A stretch of DNA of 64,000 bases from Desulfatiglandales bacterium (GTDB lineage: Bacteria; Desulfobacterota; DSM-4660; Desulfatiglandales; Desulfatiglandaceae). The DNA is taken from contig OY759599.1 in NCBI GenBank assembly GCA_963662465.1, forward strand, positions 5,856,001 to 5,920,000. The letters run 5' to 3'. Below the pieces are notes generated by a model. That model searched no databases and was not told the origin of the DNA. It saw only the letters and a list, made by a program, of their open reading frames with translations. Positions 40,390 to 48,571 of the stretch are shown in pieces. How positions within the stretch are numbered: the stretch's first letter is position 1; each line of letters begins with the position of its first letter. Made by a program: the position numbers and the translations under genes.

Positions 40390-40724
40390 ACTTATATAAA
40401 ATTGGCGTGTGTGTGGCTTCCGGCTCTATCCGGTGGTCAAAAAAGAAGGCCCGAAGCGGCTACTTCGGGCCTTCACCATCCATTCTACAAAGTAAATCGC
40501 ATTTCCACTTAACCAAGCCTCTGTCTTGGAAGAAGAAAACCAAATCCAAAGAAAATAGATTTTATAAAAATTTATTGAAAAGTAAATCTACATCAACGAC
40601 TCCTTTGCCGCCACTTATGGATCCCTCATCGTCCGCTATACCTGAGGGCCGTACTCACCGGCGGTGACAGCCAATGGTTCAATTTCCATTAGCAAACTTG
40701 GTTCAGTTTTGATTAGCGTTGAAG

Positions 40725-41946
40725 CAAGAAGCTGGATAATGAACTTGCAGGGGGACAAATCCGCGGCTGTCTGCACGGCGTTCCTATGACCATCAAGGAC
40801 AATTTGGATACCCGAGACTTTGTGACCACGGGAGGGACCAAAGGCAGAAAAGATTTTGTCCCCGAAAGGGATGCTACGGTGGTTGCCAGGTTGCGTGCGG
40901 AAGGGGCTGTTTTGATGGGAAAAACCAATACGCCTGAGTTGACCCTGGCTTTTGAAACAGACAATCTCATTTACGGTCGGACCAACAATCCCTATGATCT
41001 TTCACGAACCAGCGGCGGCAGCAGCGGCGGCGCAGCGGCTATTATCGCGGCTGGAGGGTCCCCCTTTGATATCGGCAGCGATACGGGCGGCAGTATCCGT
41101 TTGCCTTCCCATTTTTGCGGCATTACCGGGATTCGGCCAACATCGGGCCGGGTTCCGAGAACGGGTCATATTCTGCCGCCCGGCGGCGTTATGGATGCGT
41201 GGACCCAGATTGGTCCAATGGCGCGATACGTCGAAGACCTGGCCCTGATTCTGCCTGCCATTTCCGGAATCGACTGGCATGATCCCGCAATTGTTCCCAT
41301 GGTCATGGGTGATCCCAACGATGTTGATTTAAAGGGGCTGCGTGTGGCATACCACACGGATAACGGGATCATGAGTCCTACTTCAGAAATCAAATCCGCT
41401 GTGGAATCGGCTGCCAAGGCACTCAACGACGCGGGCGTACACGTTGTTGAAGCGCATCCTTCCGGCATTGACCAAACCTTTGAACTGTTCATGGGATTGA
41501 TGGTAGGCGATGGGGGCGCCGGCATCCAAATGCTCCTTCAGTTGTACGGTACGGATGAACCCCATCCTTGGTTACAGGGGATGATCGCTCAAGCTGAGGA
41601 AAGCCGGATGACAACGGCGGAATATTGCGGATTGCTGTTCAAGCTTGACCTTTTCCGCAGTCAGATGCTCTCATTCATGGAATCCTGGGACGTTATAATC
41701 TGTCCCGTCAATGCTTTAACGGCAATGCCACATGGCACCCTTTCCGAACAATTACCGAGCGTTTCCTATACCTGCACTTATAATCTGACCGGTTGGCCAG
41801 CGGCCGTAGTCCGGGTCGGAGGAACTGCGGAAGGTTTGCCCATCGGGGTACAGGTGGTTGCACGCCCTTGGCGCGAAGATGTTGCATTGAAAGTGGCGCG
41901 ATTCCTGGAAAACCAATTCGGTGGATGGGTAAAACCGGAAATTTAG
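40725..41946 (+). pseudogene. Amidase (amidase-signature family), C-terminal part
   Basis: Frame open from the IR: KKLDNELAGGQIRGCLHGVPMTIKD; GKTNTPE, GGSSGG, GSDTGGSIRLP. Confidence 0.88.
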
Positions 41947-42124
41947 AGCCTTATCCGTTTCTAAGAATTCTGACGCAAAGAACAAGAAAGCGTTTCTCCA
42001 AACCTGAAGAAGTGCTTCGACTGAGTACCTTGAACGTTTTTTGTGACGGTAGTTTTTCTAAACTTTGGGTTGCGGACATAGCCCACATTAGACATCATTC
42101 TTCAATAGAAAAAGGAGGCATACC

Positions 42125-42547
42125 GTGATTGGTGCATTAATTGCCAAGAAAAAGACTGCTCAGGCATTTGAATATTATAACAAGGGAGATCTCAAGAATT
42201 TCCTCGCTGGCTGGCATGATAAATCAACATGGGTCTATCCCGGAAACCTTTCAGTGAGTGGAGAATACAAAAGCAAAACTGAAGTGGAAAAATGGTTCCA
42301 GCACTATATGGATCATTTTTCAAGCACCAAAATAAGCGTAAAAAGCATAATGGTTCAGAATATTTTTGATTTTGTAGGGACCAATACCGTTTCGGTTATT
42401 TGGGATGAAACAGTGACAACTAAAGGTGGGGAGGTACATGAACTGAGCGGCATTACGGTGATTCATCTGAGGTTTGGCAAAGTCGATTGCGCTAAAGATT
42501 ATGTCTTCAATACGGATGAAGAACTGCGGAAAGCATGGGGGGAATAA
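42125..42547 (+). CDS. SnoaL/NTF2-like protein
   Basis: AGGAGG RBS; YNKGDL..W..PG..SGEYKS..GKV....DY pattern. Confidence 0.75.
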   Translation: MIGALIAKKKTAQAFEYYNKGDLKNFLAGWHDKSTWVYPGNLSVSGEYKSKTEVEKWFQHYMDHFSSTKISVKSIMVQNIFDFVGTNTVSVIWDETVTTKGGEVHELSGITVIHLRFGKVDCAKDYVFNTDEELRKAWGE

Positions 42548-42709
42548 ACGTTTCCCCCTGTCTTCTTCTACTGTTGGAAATGATGTTCTGCCACTATGAA
42601 TTTTTTGGCATTAATCCTGCGGCGGTTTCATCAAGGTTGGCGCACAGGGCCACAATTTTTGCCTGATTTTTAAAGGCTTTGTGGTCCGTAGCGCATTTGA
42701 GCGTTTGCG

Positions 42710-42795
42710 GCACAACCAAACGCTGCACCAGACGCCTGATACTTGGGCGGTCCCGGCGGGGGCTGGAGGAGGCGCTGGTGAGCTTGTCGTTAGCC
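42710..42795 (+). other. attC site 1 (86 bp)
   Basis: R'' GCACAAC ... CACCAGACGCC/GGCGCTGGTG stem ... R' GTTAGCC. Confidence 0.85.
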
Positions 42796-42805
42796 AGAGA
42801 ATCAC

Positions 42806-43252
42806 ATGAAGGAAGATGATTTTTATCTAAAGGTTGCCTATGCGCTGTCAGGTTGCCAGTTGGTAGAACAACAGCTCAAGCTTTACATTACTGAGGCGCT
42901 TGAACTGGTTGCAAAGTGCATTGGTGGGAAAATGCCTTTCAAGATGAAAGGCGATGATTTCGCAGACTCATCTTTAGAGCGCCTCATTCAAACCTTTAAA
43001 AAATTAAGTGATAATGCAGATCTCGTAAGAGATTTGAATAAATTTAAGGATGAAAGAAACTTTCTGAGCCATAAAGGTATAACTCACTGCTTGGATTATG
43101 AGGAAGAGTTGTTTTACACAACTGCTGAAGAAATGCAAGAAAGGCTCGCAGCTATACAAGCGGAGGCAAAACGCCTAAGAACTGCCATACATTTAGAAGC
43201 CAATAAGTTCAGAGCGCACCTTTGGTTTGACGATATCACAACAAATGGCTAA
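42806..43252 (+). CDS. Integron cassette protein, HEPN-like (Rx4H)
   Basis: Flanked by attC sites, stop inside R''; helical, with ERNFLSH. Confidence 0.75.
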   Translation: MKEDDFYLKVAYALSGCQLVEQQLKLYITEALELVAKCIGGKMPFKMKGDDFADSSLERLIQTFKKLSDNADLVRDLNKFKDERNFLSHKGITHCLDYEEELFYTTAEEMQERLAAIQAEAKRLRTAIHLEANKFRAHLWFDDITTNG

Positions 43253-43308
43253 CAAGGTTTTTGCAGCGGAGCGCAAAAAGCCGCGCCCGCTGAAAAGCAA
43301 CGTTGGCG
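43247..43308 (+). other. attC site 2 (62 bp)
   Basis: R'' GGCTAAC ... CAGCGG/CCGCTG stem ... R' GTTGGCG. Confidence 0.85.
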
Positions 43309-43345
43309 TGCGACGATAGAGCTGCCGTATTGCAAGGAGGTTAGT

Positions 43346-44632
43346 TTGATTATTTCAAGCGAATACACAGTTGTGGATGTAGAAACAACAGGGTTATTTC
43401 CTGGAAGCGGAGATAGGATTGTTGAGATTGCTATTATTCGCCTTGATAAAAACGGCCAGATCGTAGATAGTTATTCGACTTTAATCAACCCCACGAGGGA
43501 TATAGGGGCAACGCATGTTCATGGAATCAGTGCAGTGGATGTAAAAAACGCACCGTTATTTCAGGAAATTGCAGGTGATCTGATTAAACTTATGAGTGGA
43601 GCAGCCCTTGTCGGACATAATATCAGTTTTGATCGACGCTTTTTATATGCCGAATTTGCAAGAATGAATGTGGAGCTACCTGATATTCCATGTTTTTGTA
43701 CTATGCAATTATCTAAGTTAGCTGATCGAGGAGTTCCAAGCAGGAAGCTTGATGTTTTGTGCGAATATTTTGGGATAAACCTTGAAAATGCGCATACTGC
43801 GTATGCCGACGCAAAAGCTACAGCAAAGTTGTTCACCTTGTTTGTAAATCAACTTGGAGGGTGGGAAAGTTTAGGCTCCAAACTCCACTGTATTAAACCT
43901 ATGAGTTCAGATTGTCACTCCTGGCCAGAAATAGAGCCGAGTGGAATCCATTACAACAGAAAGAAGGCTTTTGAAGAAATAAATAGTAAATCAACGTATA
44001 TTGAAAGGCTAATAGCAAGGCTTCCAGTTGGTGCAAGTGATGAGCCTATTACAGAGCAATATTTTGCTCTTCTTGATCGAGTTCTTGAAGATAGGATTGT
44101 TGACGAACACGAGATTTCTCAAATCGAATTATTGGCAAATGAGCTGGAAATGTCTCGAGATCAAGCTATCCTAGCTCATAAGCAATATATGGAGAAATTA
44201 ATCTTAGTAGCTCTAGATGATGGAATAATCTCAAAATCGGAACAATCAGATTTAGATTCGGTGAGAAAATTACTTAATATCACCAAATCACAGTTTGATG
44301 AGTTATTTAAGAATACTATTAATCAATATAAAGAAGATCCCCATTCAAACAAAATTCAACGATCAAATGAAGTTGTGATTGGAAAAACTGTTTGTTTTAC
44401 GGGAACATTAAACTGCACCATAAATGGAAAAATTGCAACGCGCAAGAAAATACAAAATACAGCAAGTGCTTCTGAAATGATTGTTCAAAAAGGAGTAACA
44501 AAGAAGCTTGATATCCTTGTAGCAGCAGATCCGAATAGTATGTCGGGAAAAGCTAGGAAAGCTAGAGAATATGGCGTTCGGATAATTGCTGAACCTGTAT
44601 TCTGGAATATGGTTGGGGTTAATGTTGAATAG
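43346..44632 (+). CDS. DEDDh 3'-5' exonuclease with C-terminal BRCT domain (cassette)
   Basis: VDVETTG, GHNISFD, HTAYADA; VCFTG..VTKKLDILV..SGKARKAREYG BRCT. Confidence 0.9.
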   Translation: MIISSEYTVVDVETTGLFPGSGDRIVEIAIIRLDKNGQIVDSYSTLINPTRDIGATHVHGISAVDVKNAPLFQEIAGDLIKLMSGAALVGHNISFDRRFLYAEFARMNVELPDIPCFCTMQLSKLADRGVPSRKLDVLCEYFGINLENAHTAYADAKATAKLFTLFVNQLGGWESLGSKLHCIKPMSSDCHSWPEIEPSGIHYNRKKAFEEINSKSTYIERLIARLPVGASDEPITEQYFALLDRVLEDRIVDEHEISQIELLANELEMSRDQAILAHKQYMEKLILVALDDGIISKSEQSDLDSVRKLLNITKSQFDELFKNTINQYKEDPHSNKIQRSNEVVIGKTVCFTGTLNCTINGKIATRKKIQNTASASEMIVQKGVTKKLDILVAADPNSMSGKARKAREYGVRIIAEPVFWNMVGVNVE

Positions 44633-44725
44633 TGATCTTTAGGAATCCTAGACACTGCCCTAACGTGGGCAGGAATGCAGCCTAATCAGTCCACACTTGG
44701 ATTTTTGGACATCTAAAAAAGACAA

Positions 44726-45109
44726 ATGGAGAAGTCAATGGGCAAACGTATTTGGCGATCTTTCCACGAGCCTATAAGGGAAAATCTTTCATTTGAAGAG
44801 CGATGGAGGGGAGCAGACCATGGTCTAATCCTCTGCTGGGAAATTGGGAGAAGAAGAAGCATCGAATCCCCTGAGCTAGCTGAGCAAGCAAAAGATGGAC
44901 AATTGCCGGCACTCGGATGGAAGGGTGGCGTAGCGAAAAAAATCAAACAAAAAGAAAAGTATGGCTGTCTTAATTATTTAGCAGAGTGGCAAGGTCTAAA
45001 GGGTGAAGATTTAGACATTGATTTAACTGAAGAAAGAGAGCTTATCTGCTCGAGAACTGGAATGAAAGTAACATATACAGGCGATTCGGAAAAGTATGCT
45101 AACTCCTGA
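44726..45109 (+). CDS. Hypothetical protein (second gene of the cassette)
   Basis: 127-aa ORF co-oriented inside the cassette. Confidence 0.6.
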   Translation: MEKSMGKRIWRSFHEPIRENLSFEERWRGADHGLILCWEIGRRRSIESPELAEQAKDGQLPALGWKGGVAKKIKQKEKYGCLNYLAEWQGLKGEDLDIDLTEERELICSRTGMKVTYTGDSEKYANS

Positions 45110-45481
45110 ATCTAATACGCTTAGGGTTGGTCCGATCAGATTGAGATAAACTCAATAGAATAGCTCAAAAAACAGGATGTTTTCAGTGCTTAGAAACGCC
45201 TTTTACCACCAAAACATACCATTAGCGAATCTTAATGCACGGGCTAGGGTCGGGCCAAAAATACAGCAATGCATTCATTAGGTTAGCGATATATACGGGA
45301 TGGTTTTGGACCTTAGAACCACCTTTTAGGCCCCAAAACAAGCTTTCAAGACAGCGTGGAAAAGAAGGTGTTGGAGAGGGTACTTGAAGCACACCGGAGA
45401 TGATGGCTTACGGCTGTTTATGACTTCAAAGTCGGTTAATGGTGCCGAATAATGCCCGCGCTACTCAAAAACTGCTAGAAT

Positions 45482-45567
45482 CGCCAACCAAACACTCCAC
45501 CAGACGCCTGAAAGTCCTGCGGTCCCAGCGGGGGCCGGTGGAGGGGCCGCTGAGCTTGTCGTTAACC
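45482..45567 (+). other. attC site 3 (86 bp)
   Basis: R'' CGCCAAC ... R' GTTAACC; homologous to attC1 and attC4. Confidence 0.85.
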
Positions 45568-45637
45568 GTAGGGCGTTATGAGCATTGACGAACTTGAATA
45601 AGGCCATTATACGTATATTTATAATAGAGTATAATAA

Positions 45638-45916
45638 ATGGCATTAAGATTTGAATGGGACGAAAATAAGTCCAAGCTTAACTTAAAAAAGCATGGGATT
45701 GATTTTGAGGAAGGGAAAACAGTTTTTAACGACCTTTTCGCTATTACAATTGATGATCCGGATCATTCGGATTTAGAAGAACGGTATATTGATATCGGCA
45801 TCTCGTCGAAGGGACGGATTTTGGTTGTGTGGTATACTGAACGAAATGAGAACATAAGATTAATCGGATGCCGTAAAGCAAACCGAGTTGAGAGAGAGCA
45901 ATATGACGAAGAATAA
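45638..45916 (+). CDS. brnT: BrnT family toxin
   Basis: FEWDENK..NLKKHGIDFEE..EERY..IRLIGCRKA. Confidence 0.92.
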   Translation: MALRFEWDENKSKLNLKKHGIDFEEGKTVFNDLFAITIDDPDHSDLEERYIDIGISSKGRILVVWYTERNENIRLIGCRKANRVEREQYDEE

Positions 45917-46160
45917 CAAAGAAGATGGATATACTATGCGGGATGAGTATGATTTTTCAAAAGGTGTTAGGGGAAAGCACTACGTGGCCTATCGTGAAGG
46001 CCATACAGTTGTAATAAACAAAGATGATGGCACTCAATCGATTCAGTATTTTAAAGAGGAAGATGGGGCTGTTATGATTGATCCTGATCTAAAGATCCAC
46101 TTTCCCAATTCTGAATCGGTAAACAAAGCACTCCGTTCCCTCATCCAACAACGAATTTAA
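45903..46160 (+). CDS. BrnA-like antitoxin
   Basis: MRDEYDFSKGVRGK..FPNSESVNKALR; overlaps brnT. Confidence 0.8.
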   Translation: MTKNNKEDGYTMRDEYDFSKGVRGKHYVAYREGHTVVINKDDGTQSIQYFKEEDGAVMIDPDLKIHFPNSESVNKALRSLIQQRI

Positions 46161-46763
46161 AGAAAAAGATCATTTTAAAGTTGAGCTATTCAACATCCAT
46201 TTGATCCCATGGCATTGTGTTGAATGCTCGAAATAGGGAACGAAGCTTCAAACGAAAATAATTTCTGGCATATGTGGGAAGGTGCTACGGTGCTTCCCAT
46301 TTCTTTCAGATGTGAGCAATTAGTTCAACACGCGTAAAGCAAGCCGTCGCTCAAAAAAATACGCAGAGTCTTGGGTTCTGGCAACGTTCAGTGCGCAACC
46401 GTGAGTAAGGAGAACCAGAAATAAGGAAAAGGATCATTTTATAATTCAGTTGCGTGACTGTCATTCAATCCCATGACATTCAGCGCAATTGAGGCCTTGA
46501 GAGCGGGTGACAAGTTTGTTCATCAAATCCATAATAGCAATGTGGTTTTATTTAAATTCGGTGCGCAGGCGTCTGGAATGTAAACCATAATAAGGAAGAA
46601 GACTACTTCTAAGGGGCGTTTTGGAAAGTCCTATTTTCGCAATGATATTCCGATGAATGTGCCGATATGTATGGAATCTACAAAGAAAATAAACGCCATG
46701 CTCATATCAGAACATGAGGTATTTTTAACAAGTTATTCCGGGTTCTTAGGTAATCTTCAGAGC

Positions 46764-46849
46764 GGTTAACCAAACGCTGCACCAGACGCCTGGAAGTTCT
46801 GTGGTCCTGGCGGGGGCCGGTGGAGGCGCTGGTGAGCTTAACGTTGGGC
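46764..46849 (+). other. attC site 4 (86 bp)
   Basis: R'' GGTTAAC ... R' GTTGGGC. Confidence 0.88.
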
Positions 46850-46939
46850 CCTTCAGCGCCAGCATTTTCGTTGTCAATGGGTTGATGGCGACAAATTATC
46901 TTATTGATCAATGTAAACATATTGATTATTTTATGAGCT

Positions 46940-47248
46940 ATGGAGAAACGTAAACCGCACTACAAGCTATCCGAAATACAAACCTTAGTGGCCAATCCGG
47001 ATAGTCAGCCATTTACTGTCACAGCTTTGCGGAACGGACTCGCCATGGGCTTGACGGAACCGGAGATGCGGCAGGTGATGCAAAAGCTTTCCCGGGGAGA
47101 TTTCTACAAGGCAATGACTTCATATTCTGATCATCGGATTTGGCAGGATGTTTATCACGGCATTACGGAGGACGGAATTCTTGCTTACATTAAGATCACT
47201 GCTTTTACTGACGGTCGGCCACCAGTCATACAATTTAAAGCGAAGTGA
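46940..47248 (+). CDS. mqsR: MqsR family mRNA interferase toxin
   Basis: MEKRKPHY..FYKAMT..DHRIWQDVYH..YIK..FKAK. Confidence 0.92.
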   Translation: MEKRKPHYKLSEIQTLVANPDSQPFTVTALRNGLAMGLTEPEMRQVMQKLSRGDFYKAMTSYSDHRIWQDVYHGITEDGILAYIKITAFTDGRPPVIQFKAK

Positions 47249-47257
47249 GGTGAGATT

Positions 47258-47653
47258 ATGAAATGCCCAGCCTGCGGCCACTCTAAAATGTTATCTAAAA
47301 CTCAGGATGAAACGCTTTCTTATGGGAGCCAATCACTTACACTTCACGCAATGCATGGTGAATTCTGTTCAGAATGTGGTGAGGGTGTGTGGGATACCGA
47401 GAGCTACCGCCGTTATGCTGAAGCCCAAGCAGTACTATTGCGAGCGGTGAAAGAAGATGTAAGCTGTGAAATCCGGCGCATCCGAAAAAATCTGAAACTT
47501 ACTCAGGCCCAATTGGCTAAAGCCTTCGGCGTAGGCAAAGTGGCGTTCTCTCGTTATGAACGGGGAGAGACTCGTCCACCTACTCCAGTCGTCAAACTCC
47601 TTAAATTGCTGGATCGTCATCCAGATTTACTGAAAGAAATGTACTCCGCGTAA
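47258..47653 (+). CDS. mqsA: MqsA family antitoxin
   Basis: CPAC..CSECGE zinc finger plus LTQAQLA..FSRYERG HTH. Confidence 0.92.
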   Translation: MKCPACGHSKMLSKTQDETLSYGSQSLTLHAMHGEFCSECGEGVWDTESYRRYAEAQAVLLRAVKEDVSCEIRRIRKNLKLTQAQLAKAFGVGKVAFSRYERGETRPPTPVVKLLKLLDRHPDLLKEMYSA

Positions 47654-47670
47654 TACCGCTAAGTTTTAAA

Positions 47671-47677
47671 GCCCAAC
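47671..47677 (+). other. Partial attC (R'' only)
   Basis: GCCCAAC just after mqsA, complementary to attC4 R' GTTGGGC; no stem or R' follows. Confidence 0.6.
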
Positions 47678-48054
47678 CCTTTGACACGTACAAAAGAACG
47701 GCCAAAGTTAGACACTGCAATCATAAGATAGCTGAATTCAGTCGAGAAAACCTTATTTGTGCCTAAGGCCATGCCATCTGAGATACAGCTCTGCCCAGCA
47801 TAAACGGAATGCCGCAAAAAACAACGAGGAAGGTTATTCTGTTCTAATTGAGACTACCGGTTTGCCGGCTACGGACACAAAGCGGGACAGCCTGACCAAT
47901 GCCTGACTTTCATCCATCCATCCCCACCAGAGTTTGGAAGGGTGCAATACAAAAAAGTTACCTTGTCGCTTCCTCTATTTCCGGTTGCCCACGCCTGGGT
48001 TGCGTATTATGGGTTGTTTGGGGGGTGGATACGGGACTCGGTAGGCATGGGGAC

Positions 48055-48159
48055 AGGGCAGGCACAGGGGCCTGCCCCTACGGGACATCGAGGTCAATGC
48101 CAATCTGGTTTTACCGGTTATCGCGGTCTCCCGTAGGGGCAACCCCCTGTGGTTGCCCT
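48055..48159. repeat. Pair of GTAG-type REP-like hairpins
   Basis: GGGCAGGC..GCCTGCCCCTAC and GTAGGGGCAACC..GGTTGCCCT. Confidence 0.7.
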
Positions 48160-48424
48160 GGTCGCTGAAATTGCCATTTTATAAATTCGCCTCCCATGGT
48201 TGTTTTTTTTCGGTTGCACTCTTGTTGTTTCCTCAATTTCCGATCAATCATTCAATCTTTTGAATCGTATTCAAACATTTTGTCCCGGCTTGTGGCCGTA
48301 GCCCGTTTTTCTGATAGGAACTATGGAAGACACTCAGAGGTCACAACCCATATCAATGGAAAATCAGGAAATTGCGGAGCAGGTTGCTCGGAAGTCCGAA
48401 GAACCAAGCACACATGGTCTCCCT

Positions 48425-48453
48425 TGGCGATGATGCTTTCCGGCGCCGACAGC
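48425..48453 (+). repeat. 29-bp direct repeat, copy 2
   Basis: Identical to epmA 28738-28766. Confidence 0.9.
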
Positions 48454-48521
48454 TTAAAACTGCTGAGCCTTCAGTTCCTCATGATGAACGTTGAAAAGCG
48501 TTTTTTCTTGACTTATTGCTC

Positions 48522-48555
48522 TGGAATAGAATATTCCATTGCAAATATTAGTCAA
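48522..48555. promoter_or_regulatory. Candidate operator palindromes upstream of the porin/ABC operon
   Basis: TGGAATA-GAA-TATTCCA perfect IR, followed by TTGCAAATATTAGTCAA. Confidence 0.35.
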
Positions 48556-48571
48556 TGATTGGAGGTGCTAA

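Larger units (their letters stand above)
36000..40724 (-). mobile_element. IS21-family composite element with accessory genes
   Basis: 50-bp imperfect IRs at 36000-36049 and 40675-40724 (37/50 by manual alignment), each with two GCTA..AAA..GAACCA units; contains istA and istB. Confidence 0.85.

Noticed and set aside
39948..40667. 239-aa plus-strand ORF
   Set aside because: Opposite to the element's operon, overlaps the Cys-rich ORF, no motifs
46161..46763. Possible third gene in the BrnTA cassette
   Set aside because: No convincing ORF on either strand; probably decayed or non-coding
42710..46849. Recurrent 86-bp repeats as a CRISPR array
   Set aside because: Spacing is kilobases with genes between, structure is attC-like, no cas genes
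48196..48558. 120-aa ORF containing LAMMLSGADS
   Set aside because: Only the 29-bp epmA repeat is meaningful; the rest looks non-coding
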